A DNA stretch of 39,368 bases, from sequence record OR545379; one strand, given 5' to 3'. Below, piece after piece: positions 8,515 to 18,188 of this stretch. The stretch's first letter is position 1; every line of letters starts with the position of its first letter. The stretch is from Escherichia phage Sekstaphage-1. A model generated the notes under the pieces. That model was not told the DNA's origin. It saw nothing but the letters and a program-made list of their open reading frames with translations, and searched no databases. The position numbers were made by a program, and so were the translations under genes.

Positions 8515-8665
8515 ACAGAAATACCTTCTGACAATGGAAGGTAACACCGAGTCCTTTGAGATTCCGGTATTCGCCCGGTCTCTCGAAGAGGCAACGCTAC
8601 AGGCTGAACATTACGAGGACGCAGGGTTCGTAGTGACTCGCATCCGTCCAGAAGTGAAAGCCTAA
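8501..8665 (+). CDS. 2: Inhibitor of host RNA polymerase (gp2)
   Basis: C-terminal [36 protein letters not shown] matches T7 gp2; likely GTG start at 8501 preceded by AAGGAGG 6 nt upstream (alternative ATG at 8534). Confidence 0.75.
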   Translation: MEQREQKYLLTMEGNTESFEIPVFARSLEEATLQAEHYEDAGFVVTRIRPEVKA

Positions 8666-8685
8666 TTACCCTCACTAAAGGGAAC
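8663..8685 (+). promoter_or_regulatory. Phage RNAP promoter (phi2.5-like)
   Basis: tAATTACCCTCACTAAAGGGAac. Confidence 0.8.
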
Positions 8686-8717
8686 AACCCAATCATTAAC
8701 CACAAAGGAGAAACATT

Positions 8718-9416
8718 ATGGCTGGTTTCAAGAAGAAAATCTATACCTCTGGTCTTGGCACTGCTGAGCCTTATGCTTACCTGAGTAAGCCGGATTATGG
8801 CAACGAAGAGCGTGGCTTCGGCAACCCTCGTGGTGTCTATAAGGTAGACCTGACTCTTTCCAATAAAGACCCGCGCTGTCAGGCGATGGTCGATGAAATC
8901 GTGAAGACTCACGAAGAGGCTTATGCTGCTGCCGTGGAAGAGTTCGAAGCTAACCCGCCGCAGGTACAGCGTGGTAAGAAACCACTGAAACCTTACGAGG
9001 GCGACATGCCGTTCTTCGATAACGGTGACGGTACGACTACCTTCAAGTTCAAATGCTATGCGTCTTTCCAAGATAAGAAGACCAAAGAGACCAAACACAT
9101 CAATCTGGTCGTGGTCGATAGCAAAGGTAAGAAGATTCAGGAAGTTCCGATTATCGGTGGCGGCTCCAAGCTGAAAGTGAAATACTCTCTGGTGCCTTAC
9201 AAGTGGAACACCGCTGTGGGCGCAAGCGTCAAACTGCAACTGGAGTCCGTGATGCTGGTCGAACTGGCTACCTTCGGTGGTGGCGGTGAAGATGAGTGGG
9301 CCGATGAAGTCGAAGATGGTGGTTACACTGCGAGTGAATCCCGTCAGTCCCGCGATGAGCAGGAGTGGCAGGAAGACGAGCACGAAGAAACCCCGGATGA
9401 TGGCGAGGACTTCTAA
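8718..9416 (+). CDS. 2.5: Single-stranded DNA-binding protein (gp2.5)
   Basis: 232 aa, collinear with T7 gp2.5 including the acidic C-terminal tail ending ...DDGEDF. Confidence 0.95.
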   Translation: MAGFKKKIYTSGLGTAEPYAYLSKPDYGNEERGFGNPRGVYKVDLTLSNKDPRCQAMVDEIVKTHEEAYAAAVEEFEANPPQVQRGKKPLKPYEGDMPFFDNGDGTTTFKFKCYASFQDKKTKETKHINLVVVDSKGKKIQEVPIIGGGSKLKVKYSLVPYKWNTAVGASVKLQLESVMLVELATFGGGGEDEWADEVEDGGYTASESRQSRDEQEWQEDEHEETPDDGEDF

Positions 9417-9877
9417 TGGCTGGCGCATACGCTGCGCGAGGTGTACGCAAGGTCGGGGCTTTCCGCTCCGGCCTAGAAGATAAAGTCTCAAAGCAGCTTG
9501 AGAGTAAGGGCATTAAGTTCGACTATGAACTTTGGCGAATCCCTTACGTCATCCCTGAGAGTGACCACTTATACACTCCAGACTTCCTGCTACCTAACGG
9601 TATCTTCATTGAGACCAAAGGGCTGTGGGATTCCGATGACCGCAAGAAACACCTTTTGATTCGTGAGCAACACCCTGAACTGGACATTCGCTTGGTCTTC
9701 TCAAGCAGCCGCTCAAAGCTCTACAAGGGTAGCCCAACAAGCTACGGTGAGTGGTGCGAGAAGCATGGCATTCTGTTTGCTGACAAGCTGATACCAGTGG
9801 CGTGGCTCAAAGAACCCAAGAAGGAGGTTCCGTTCGATAAATTTAAGACTAAGAAAGGAGTAAAGAAAAATGGCTAA
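9416..9877 (+). CDS. 3: Endonuclease I (Holliday-junction resolvase, gp3)
   Basis: 153 aa; MAGAYAARGVRKVGAFRSGLEDKVSKQLESKGIKF... near-identical to T7 gp3. Confidence 0.95.
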   Translation: MAGAYAARGVRKVGAFRSGLEDKVSKQLESKGIKFDYELWRIPYVIPESDHLYTPDFLLPNGIFIETKGLWDSDDRKKHLLIREQHPELDIRLVFSSSRSKLYKGSPTSYGEWCEKHGILFADKLIPVAWLKEPKKEVPFDKFKTKKGVKKNG

Positions 9878-10325
9878 AGTTCAATTCAAACCACGAGCAA
9901 CCACGGAGGCAATCTTTGTGCATTGCTCTGCAACCAAACCGAGCCAGAACGTTGGTGTTCGTGAGATTCGTCAGTGGCATAAAGAGCAAGGCTGGCTGGA
10001 CGTAGGGTATCACTTCATCATCAAGCGCGATGGTACTGTGGAAGCAGGCCGTGATGAACTGGCTGTAGGTTCCCACGCTAAGGGCTACAATCACAACTCT
10101 ATTGGTGTCTGCCTTGTAGGTGGTATCGACGATAAAGGTAAGTTTGACGCTAACTTTACGCCAGCCCAAATGCAATCTCTTCGCTCACTGCTGGTCACAC
10201 TGCTGGCGAAGTACGAAGGGTCTGTTCTCCGTGCTCACCACGATGTTGCACCTAAAGCCTGCCCGTCCTTCGACTTGAAGCGCTGGTGGGAGAAGAACGA
10301 GCTGGTTACATCTGACCGAGGGTAG
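9870..10325 (+). CDS. 3.5: N-acetylmuramoyl-L-alanine amidase (T7-type lysozyme, RNAP inhibitor, gp3.5)
   Basis: 151 aa; MAKVQFKPRATTEAIFVHCSATKPSQNVGVREIRQWHKEQGWLDVGYHFII... matches T7 lysozyme. Confidence 0.95.
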   Translation: MAKVQFKPRATTEAIFVHCSATKPSQNVGVREIRQWHKEQGWLDVGYHFIIKRDGTVEAGRDELAVGSHAKGYNHNSIGVCLVGGIDDKGKFDANFTPAQMQSLRSLLVTLLAKYEGSVLRAHHDVAPKACPSFDLKRWWEKNELVTSDRG

Positions 10326-10329
10326 ACCT

Positions 10330-10437
10330 ATGAGGATGATTTGCATTCGTTGTGACAAGCCTTTGAAGAGTCGCGTACCATCACGTCAGTGTCAGTGCAA
10401 AGACCCGATCAAGGCTGAGGAACACACCGAGAAGTAA
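10330..10437 (+). CDS. Small Cys-rich ORF (gene 3.7 position), putative zinc-ribbon peptide
   Basis: 35-aa ORF MRMICIRCDKPLKSRVPSRQCQCKDPIKAEEHTEK with CxxC...CxC spacing; weak GAGGG ribosome-binding site; stop overlaps the next promoter. Confidence 0.4.
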   Translation: MRMICIRCDKPLKSRVPSRQCQCKDPIKAEEHTEK

Positions 10438-10458
10438 TTAACACTCACTAAAGGGAGA
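10436..10458 (+). promoter_or_regulatory. Phage RNAP promoter (upstream of gene 4)
   Basis: AATTAACaCTCACTAAAGGGAGA, one mismatch to the consensus. Confidence 0.8.
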
Positions 10459-10463
10459 CTTAA

Positions 10464-12250
<1,787 letters not shown>

Positions 12251-12252
<2 letters not shown>

Positions 12253-12273
12253 TTAACCCTCACTAACGGGAAC
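12251..12273 (+). promoter_or_regulatory. Phage RNAP promoter (phi4.3-like)
   Basis: AATTAACCCTCACTAACGGGAac. Confidence 0.8.
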
Positions 12274-12298
12274 AACCTCAAACCATAGGAGACACATC

Positions 12299-12511
12299 AT
12301 GTTTAAATTCATTAACACTTTAGGTAAGCTGGTAGTCAAACTGTACTTCATCGAAGCCAAGAAGCTGGGCAAGAAAGCCAAAGCTGATTCACAGCGTGCC
12401 ATTGAGTTGGCGAAACAGTCCCGTGAGAAATCCGATGCGGCTGTTAGTGGCGTCCATAAGTCGGCAGCGATTGCAGCCAAAGCGCAGTCCATGAGCAAAT
12501 TCTTTGAGTAA
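12299..12511 (+). CDS. 4.3: Gene 4.3 homolog (function unknown)
   Basis: 70-aa ORF with AGGAGA ribosome-binding site; same length and position as T7 gp4.3. Confidence 0.75.
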   Translation: MFKFINTLGKLVVKLYFIEAKKLGKKAKADSQRAIELAKQSREKSDAAVSGVHKSAAIAAKAQSMSKFFE

Positions 12512-12523
12512 TAGGAGCACAAC

Positions 12524-12808
12524 ATGAGTAAATCAATCAAGCACGCAAACACCATCCGTCTGCCGGACACTGCTGACCAGTTCGCTCGTCGGGTACACAT
12601 TAATGTGCGTGGCGAGAAGGTCACAATGGTCTACCGCTGGAAAGACCACAAGTCTCCGAAGGCACACACTCAGCGTATGACCTTGGACGACAAGCAGGTA
12701 GGCCGCCTGATGGGTGCCCTGACTATGGCTGCTGACAATGTGGTTGGGGATAACCGCGAGCGTCTGGTAGAGTTCGGCGCTGGTATGCAAGAGATTATCG
12801 AGAAGTGA
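12524..12808 (+). CDS. 4.5: Gene 4.5 homolog
   Basis: 94-aa ORF with AGGAG ribosome-binding site; position between 4.3 and the RNase III site before gene 5. Confidence 0.7.
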   Translation: MSKSIKHANTIRLPDTADQFARRVHINVRGEKVTMVYRWKDHKSPKAHTQRMTLDDKQVGRLMGALTMAADNVVGDNRERLVEFGAGMQEIIEK

Positions 12809-12846
12809 TAAACTCAAGGTCGCCCAAGGGTGGCCTTTATGATTAT
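12809..12846 (+). promoter_or_regulatory. RNase III processing hairpin (R4.7-like)
   Basis: TAAACTCAAGGTCGCCCAAGGGTGGCCTTTATGATT. Confidence 0.65.
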
Positions 12847-12875
12847 CATTTAGCACGAAACCAAAGGAGGGCATT

Positions 12876-14834
12876 ATGCTCGTAAGTGACATTGAGGCCA
12901 ACAACCTCTTAGAGAAAGTCACCAAGTTTCACTGTGGCGTCATCTATGACTACCGTGATGGTGAGTATCATAGTTATCGTCCGGGCGACTTCGGGGCGTA
13001 TCTGGATGCGCTGGAAGCCGAGGTGAAGCGAGGTGGGCTTATTGTTTTCCATAACGGTCACAAGTATGACGTTCCTACATTGACCAAACTGGCAAAGCTG
13101 CAATTGAACCGAGAGTTCCACCTTCCTCGTGAGAACTGTATCGACACCCTTGTGCTGTCACGCTTGATTCACTCTAACCTAAAGGACACCGATATGGGTC
13201 TTCTACGTTCCGGTAAACTTCCGGGGAAACGCTTTGGGTCTCACGCTCTGGAGGCGTGGGGTTATCGCTTAGGCGAGATGAAGGGTGAATACAAGGATGA
13301 CTTTAAGCGTATGCTTGAAGAGCAAGGCGAAGAATACGTTGACGGAATGGAGTGGTGGAACTTCAATGAAGAGATGATGGACTATAACGTTCAGGACGTT
13401 GTGGTCACTAAGGCTCTCCTTGAGAAGCTACTCTCTGACAAACATTACTTCCCTCCTGAGATTGACTTTACGGACGTAGGTTACACTACGTTCTGGTCAG
13501 AATCCCTTGAGGCCGTTGATGTTGAACATCGCGCTGCATGGCTACTCGCTAAGCAAGAGCGCAATGGATTCCCGTTTGACACGAAAGCAATCGAAGAGTT
13601 GTACGTAGAGTTAGCTGCTAGACGCTCTGAGTTGCTACGTAACTTGACCGAAACGTTTGGCTCGTGGTATCAACCTAAAGGTGGAACAGAAATGTTCTGC
13701 CATCCACGAACAGGTAAGCCACTACCTAAATACCCTCGCATTAAGATACCTAAAGTTGGTGGTATCTTTAAGAAGCCTAAGAACAAGGCACAGCGAGAAG
13801 GCCGTGAGCCTTGCGAACTGGATACCCGCGAGTACGTTGCTGGCGCTCCTTATACTCCAGTGGAGCACGTAGTGTTTAACCCTTCGTCTCGTGACCACAT
13901 CCAGAAGAAACTCCAAGAGGCTGGGTGGGTCCCAACTAAGTTCACCGATAAGGGTGCTCCTGTGGTGGACGATGAGGTACTCGAAGGAGTACGCGTAGAT
14001 GACCCTGAGAAGCAAGCGGCTATCGACCTCATTAAAGAGTACTTGATGATTCAGAAGCGAATCGGACAGTCTGCTGAGGGAGACAAGGCATGGCTTCGTT
14101 ACGTTGCTGAGGACGGTAAGATTCATGGTTCTGTTAACCCTAATGGAGCAGTTACGGGTCGTGCGACCCATGCGTTCCCCAACCTTGCGCAAATTCCGGG
14201 TGTACGTTCTCCTTATGGAGAGCAGTGTCGCGCTGCTTTTGGCGCTGAGCACCATTTGGATGGGATAACTGGTAAGCCTTGGGTTCAGGCAGGTATCGAC
14301 GCATCCGGCCTTGAGTTGCGCTGCTTGGCCCACTTCATGGCTCGCTTTGATAACGGTGAGTATGCTCACGAGATTCTTAATGGTGACATCCACACTAAGA
14401 ACCAGATGGCTGCTGAATTACCTACCCGTGATAACGCTAAGACGTTCATCTATGGGTTCCTCTATGGTGCTGGTGATGAGAAGATTGGGCAGATTGTTGG
14501 TGCTGGTAAAGAGCGCGGTAAGGAACTCAAGAAGAAATTCCTTGAGAACACACCTGCGATTGCAGCACTACGTGAGTCTATACAACAGACGCTTGTCGAA
14601 TCCTCTCAGTGGGTAGCTGGTGAGCAGCAAGTCAAGTGGAAACGCCGCTGGATTAAAGGTCTGGATGGTCGTAAGGTACACGTTCGTAGTCCTCACGCTG
14701 CCCTGAATACCCTACTGCAATCCGCTGGTGCTCTCATCTGCAAACTGTGGATTATCAAGACCGAAGAGATGCTCGTAGAGAAAGGCTTGAAGCACGGCTG
14801 GGATGGGGACTTTGCGTACATGGCATGGGTGCAT
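12876..14834 (+). CDS. 5: DNA polymerase gene 5, exon 1 (codons 1-653)
   Basis: Collinear with T7 gp5 up to ...[13 protein letters not shown]; the ORF then runs into intron sequence and stops after 7 unrelated codons. Confidence 0.95.
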
Positions 14835-15435
14835 AAACTATTTCATTGTGCACATTAAATCTGGTGAACTCGGTGAAACCCTACTGGGGCAATACCGAGC
14901 CAAGCCATAGGGAGGATATATGAGAGGCAAGAAGTTAATTCTTGAGGCCACTGAGACTGGCTGTATCATCCCTACGTCACACAAACTTAATGCCGATGGT
15001 TATTTCAGAAAGAAAACCAATGGCACATTGGAAATGTATCACAGAACGGTGTGGAAGGAGCATAACGGAGACATACCTGATGGCTTCGAGATAGACCATA
15101 AGTGTCGCAATAGGGCTTGCTGTAACATAGAACATTTACAGATGCTTGAAGGTACAGCCCACACTGTTAAGACCAATCGTGAACGCTACGCAGACAGAAA
15201 GGAAACAGCTAGAGAATATTGGCTGGAGACTGGATGTACAGGCATGGCACTCGGTGAGAAGTTTGGTGTGTCGTTCTCTTCCGCTTGTAAGTGGATTAGA
15301 GAATGGAAGGCGTAGAGACTATCCGAAAGGAGTAGGGCCGAGGGTGAGACTCCCTCGTAACCCGAAGCGCCAGACAGTCAACTCAAAGGCTGATGATATA
15401 GTCCGACACTCCTAGTAATAGGAGAATACAGAAAG
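14835..15435 (+). mobile_element. Group I self-splicing intron in the DNA polymerase gene, carrying an HNH endonuclease ORF
   Basis: 601 nt separate two in-frame polymerase segments; exon 1 ends in U (14834); GTGCAC at 14848-14853 can pair with the exon end GTGCAU giving the U-G pair typical of P1; the intron ends in G (15435). Confidence 0.85.
14920..15315 (+). CDS. Intron-encoded HNH homing endonuclease
   Basis: 131 aa with GGGAGGA ribosome-binding site; HNH/zinc motif DGFEIDHKCRNRACCNIEHLQMLEGTAHTVKTN; lies wholly inside the intron. Confidence 0.85.
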   Translation: MRGKKLILEATETGCIIPTSHKLNADGYFRKKTNGTLEMYHRTVWKEHNGDIPDGFEIDHKCRNRACCNIEHLQMLEGTAHTVKTNRERYADRKETAREYWLETGCTGMALGEKFGVSFSSACKWIREWKA

Positions 15436-15591
15436 GATGAAATCCAAGTAGGTTGCCGTACCGAAGAGATTGCTCAGGTGGTCATTGAGACAGCACAAGA
15501 AGCAATGCGCTGGGTTGGAGACCACTGGAACTTCCGGTGTCTTCTGGATACCGAAGGTAAGATGGGTCCTAATTGGGCCGTATGTCACTAA
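15436..15591 (+). CDS. 5: DNA polymerase gene 5, exon 2 (codons 654-704)
   Basis: Encodes DEIQVGCRTEEIAQVVIETAQEAMRWVGDHWNFRCLLDTEGKMGPNWAVCH, the C-terminus of T7 gp5; in frame with exon 1 once the intron is removed, giving 704 aa. Confidence 0.9.
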   Translation, partial: DEIQVGCRTEEIAQVVIETAQEAMRWVGDHWNFRCLLDTEGKMGPNWAVCH

Positions 15592-15610
15592 TTCTATAGG
15601 AGAAATTATT

Positions 15611-15910
15611 ATGGCTATCACCAAGAAATTTAAAGTGTCCTTTGATGTTACCGCAAAGATGTCGTCTGACGTTCAGGCAATCTTAGAGAAAGACATGCTG
15701 CATCTATGTAAGCAGGTCGGCTCAGGTGCGATTGTCCCCGATGGTAAACAGAAGGAAATGATTGTCCAGTTCCTGACCAACGGTATGGAAGGCGTGATGA
15801 CATTCGTAGTACGTACAGCATTTCGTGAGGCAATCAAGGACATGCACGAAGAGTATGCCGATAAGGACTCCTTCAAACTATCTCCTGCAACTGTACGGGA
15901 GGTGTTCTGA
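15611..15910 (+). CDS. 5.5: gp5.5 homolog (in T7 binds H-NS)
   Basis: 99 aa from ATG 15611 (MAITKKFKVSFDVTAKMSSDVQAILEKDMLHLCKQ...), near-identical to T7 gp5.5; AGGAGA ribosome-binding site. Confidence 0.9.
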   Translation: MAITKKFKVSFDVTAKMSSDVQAILEKDMLHLCKQVGSGAIVPDGKQKEMIVQFLTNGMEGVMTFVVRTAFREAIKDMHEEYADKDSFKLSPATVREVF

Positions 15911-16119
15911 TGTCTGACTACTTGAAAGTGCTGCAAGCAATCAAAAGTTGCCCTAAGACTTTCCAGTCCAACTATGTACGGAACAATGCGAGCCTCGTAG
16001 CGGAGGCCGCCTCCCGTGGTCACATCTCGTGCCTGACCACAAGTGGACGCAACGGTGGCGCTTGGGAAATTACTGCTTCCGGTACTCGCTTTCTGAAACG
16101 AATGGGAGGCTGTGTATAA
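15910..16119 (+). CDS. 5.7: gp5.7 homolog
   Basis: 69 aa MSDYLKVLQAIKSCPKTFQSNYVRNNASLVAEAASRGHISCLTTSGRNGG..., matches T7 gp5.7. Confidence 0.9.
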   Translation: MSDYLKVLQAIKSCPKTFQSNYVRNNASLVAEAASRGHISCLTTSGRNGGAWEITASGTRFLKRMGGCV

Positions 16120-16277
16120 TGTCTCGTGACCTTGTGACTATTCCACGCGATGTGTGGAACGATATGCAGGGCTACATCGACTCTCTGGAACGTGAGAACG
16201 ATAGCCTTAAGAATCAACTAATGGAAGCTGACGAATACGTAGCGGAACTAGAGGAGAAACTTAATGGCACTTCTTGA
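16119..16277 (+). CDS. 5.9: gp5.9 homolog (RecBCD inhibitor in T7)
   Basis: 52 aa MSRDLVTIPRDVWNDMQGYIDSLERENDSLKNQLMEADEYVAELEEKLNGTS, near-identical to T7 gp5.9. Confidence 0.9.
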   Translation: MSRDLVTIPRDVWNDMQGYIDSLERENDSLKNQLMEADEYVAELEEKLNGTS

Positions 16278-17172
16278 CCTTAAACAATTCTACGAGTTAC
16301 GTGAAGGCTGTGACGACAAAGGTATCCTTGTGATGGATGGAGACTGGCTGGTCTTCCAAGCGATGAGTGCTGCTGAGTTTGATGCCTCATGGGAGGAAGA
16401 GATTTGGCACCGCTGCTGCGACCACGCTAAGGCCCGTCAGATTCTTGAGGATTCCATTAAGTCCTACGAGACCCGCAAGAAGGCTTGGGTAGGTGCTCCG
16501 ATTGTCCTTGCGTTCACCGATAGTGTTAACTGGCGTAAAGAACTGGTTGACCCGAACTACAAGGCTAACCGCAAGGCAACCAAGAAACCTGTAGGTTACT
16601 TTGAGTTCCTTGAGGCTCTCTTTGAGCGTGAAGAGTTCTATTGCATCCGTGAGCCTATGCTTGAAGGTGATGACGTTATGGGAGTTATCGCTTCCAACCC
16701 GTCTGCATTCGGTGCTCGTAAGGCTGTAATCATCTCGTGCGATAAGGACTTTAAGACCATCCCTAACTGTGACTTCCTGTGGTGTACCACTGGTAACATC
16801 CTGACTCAGACCAAAGAGACCGCTGATTGGTGGCATCTCTTCCAGACCATCAAGGGTGATATGACCGATGGCTACTCCGGGATTCCCGGATGGGGCGATA
16901 CGGCAGAAGGTTTCCTGAACGACCCGTTCATTGTGGAGCCTGTAGAGTCCGTGTTGAAGTCCGGTAAGAACAAAGGGCAGACAGTAACCAAGTGGGTGAA
17001 GCGTGCTCCTGATGCGACTGAGACTCTGTGGGACTGCATTAAATCCATTGGTGCAAAGGCTGGGATGACCGAGCAGGAAATCATCAAGCAAGGCCAGATG
17101 GCTCGCATTCTTCGCTTCGAGGAATACAATTACATTGACAAGGAGATTTACTTATGGACGCCGCGAAGCTGA
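16264..17172 (+). CDS. 6: 5'-3' exonuclease (gp6)
   Basis: 302 aa collinear with T7 gp6. Confidence 0.95.
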   Translation: MALLDLKQFYELREGCDDKGILVMDGDWLVFQAMSAAEFDASWEEEIWHRCCDHAKARQILEDSIKSYETRKKAWVGAPIVLAFTDSVNWRKELVDPNYKANRKATKKPVGYFEFLEALFEREEFYCIREPMLEGDDVMGVIASNPSAFGARKAVIISCDKDFKTIPNCDFLWCTTGNILTQTKETADWWHLFQTIKGDMTDGYSGIPGWGDTAEGFLNDPFIVEPVESVLKSGKNKGQTVTKWVKRAPDATETLWDCIKSIGAKAGMTEQEIIKQGQMARILRFEEYNYIDKEIYLWTPRS

Positions 17173-17267
17173 TTACCGTCGCTGTGCTGGTAGGTATGCT
17201 GGCGTGAGGTCTCTGGATGTTCGCTCTCATAGTCCGAGACGTGAAGCGAGACTCCGAGATTAAGTGA
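17154..17267 (+). CDS. 6.3: Gene 6.3-like small membrane peptide, interrupted by an in-frame TGA at 17205-17207
   Basis: [39 protein letters not shown] in one frame; both halves resemble T7 gp6.3. Confidence 0.4.
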
Positions 17268-17325
17268 TAAACTCAAGGCTCTCTGTATTAACCCTCACTA
17301 AAGGGAAGAGGGAGCCTTTATGATT
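17268..17325 (+). promoter_or_regulatory. RNase III-type hairpin with a phage promoter in its loop (R6.5/phi6.5 region)
   Basis: TAAACTCAAGGCTCTC ... GAGGGAGCCTTTATGATT arms flank the promoter at 17286-17308. Confidence 0.5.
17286..17308 (+). promoter_or_regulatory. Phage RNAP promoter (phi6.5-like)
   Basis: tATTAACCCTCACTAAAGGGAag. Confidence 0.8.
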
Positions 17326-17359
17326 ATTACTTTAAGACTTAACCTTAAGAGGTGAATTT

Positions 17360-17605
17360 ATGTTACAACCAATTAATCATGTTTTATCTCATCCCGACGA
17401 TATTCCTAGTGTGCCTCGTGCCACAAAAGAGTATCTACAGGTGCGCTTCAATCAGGCTTACGTTATGGAGTCTGGTGAGTACCGTTCGCTTCGTGCTGCG
17501 GGTTACTCTGAGTCTTTCATTGCGGGTGTGATGCATGGTCTGTACCTTGCCTCTCGTACACTTGATGAGATTGAGGTGCGTAAAGAGCAACTGAGACAGG
17601 AGTAA
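17360..17605 (+). CDS. 6.5: Gene 6.5 homolog
   Basis: 81-aa ORF with AAGAGGTG ribosome-binding site; assigned by position and N-terminal similarity. Confidence 0.7.
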   Translation: MLQPINHVLSHPDDIPSVPRATKEYLQVRFNQAYVMESGEYRSLRAAGYSESFIAGVMHGLYLASRTLDEIEVRKEQLRQE

Positions 17606-17609
17606 AGTT

Positions 17610-17858
17610 ATGTGCTGGCAACCTAAGGTGAAAGTCCCTAAGATGGACACAAACCAGATTCGTGCCGCTGAACCAGCACCTTTGATTGAGCCGCCTAAGT
17701 CTGTGGTATGGGGCGGTGACGATGAGGACACCAGCGTGTCTTCCTCTGAGGTCGCCAGCCGCCCAAGCAGCGGTAAGAACAGTCTAAAGGTAAAGCTGGA
17801 CGACAGCGCAGCCAAGAACAAGAGTAAATCCTCCATTCGCTCCAAGGCGTTTGGGTAA
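17610..17858 (+). CDS. 6.7: Small virion protein gp6.7 homolog
   Basis: 82 aa MCWQPKVKVPKMDTNQIRAAEPAPL...KSKSSIRSKAFG, similar to T7 gp6.7. Confidence 0.8.
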   Translation: MCWQPKVKVPKMDTNQIRAAEPAPLIEPPKSVVWGGDDEDTSVSSSEVASRPSSGKNSLKVKLDDSAAKNKSKSSIRSKAFG

Positions 17859-17884
17859 TTGTGACATAACATAGGGGACACATT

Positions 17885-18178
17885 ATGGGATTCTTCAAGA
17901 AAATCAAGAAAGCTGTTAAGAAAGTAGTTAAGGAAGTTGGTAAACCGATCGAGAAGGCTGGTAAGGAAGTCGGTAAAGCCGTTGGTGGGGCGCTGGGTGT
18001 TGGTAAGCAGGAGATTATCCAACAAGAGGCTCCAGCACAGGTTGTAGATGTACCTGAACAGGATAAGGCTGATGGTGAGGATGAGGCGCAAACCGAGAGC
18101 GCACGTAAGAAGGCCCGCGCTGGTGGTAAGAAGTCGCTGAGTGTAGCCCGTAGCTCCGGCGGTGGCATCAACATCTAA
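17885..18178 (+). CDS. 7.3: Tail/adsorption protein gp7.3 homolog
   Basis: 97 aa with C-terminus ...QTESARKKARAGGKKSLSVARSSGGGINI matching T7 gp7.3. Confidence 0.85.
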   Translation: MGFFKKIKKAVKKVVKEVGKPIEKAGKEVGKAVGGALGVGKQEIIQQEAPAQVVDVPEQDKADGEDEAQTESARKKARAGGKKSLSVARSSGGGINI

Positions 18179-18188
18179 GGAGGAATGA

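Noticed and set aside
8496-9491. 331-aa ORF on the minus strand
   Set aside because: Antisense to genes 2, 2.5 and 3, which are well supported; no ribosome-binding site; low-complexity L/R/F-rich translation; T7-group phages transcribe only the + strand.
13722-14393. 223-aa ORF on the minus strand
   Set aside because: Antisense to DNA polymerase exon 1; no independent support.
15146-15415. 89-aa + strand ORF inside the intron
   Set aside because: Overlaps the HNH ORF and the intron 3' core in another frame; no ribosome-binding site; the HNH frame explains the coding signal.
15470-15610. Upstream extension of the gene 5.5 ORF in the track
   Set aside because: It overlaps polymerase exon 2 in another frame; the conserved gp5.5 start (MAITKKFKVSF) is at 15611 with its own ribosome-binding site.
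17435-18174. Two overlapping minus-strand ORFs of 218 and 159 aa
   Set aside because: Antisense to genes 6.5, 6.7 and 7.3; compositional artefacts with no start context.
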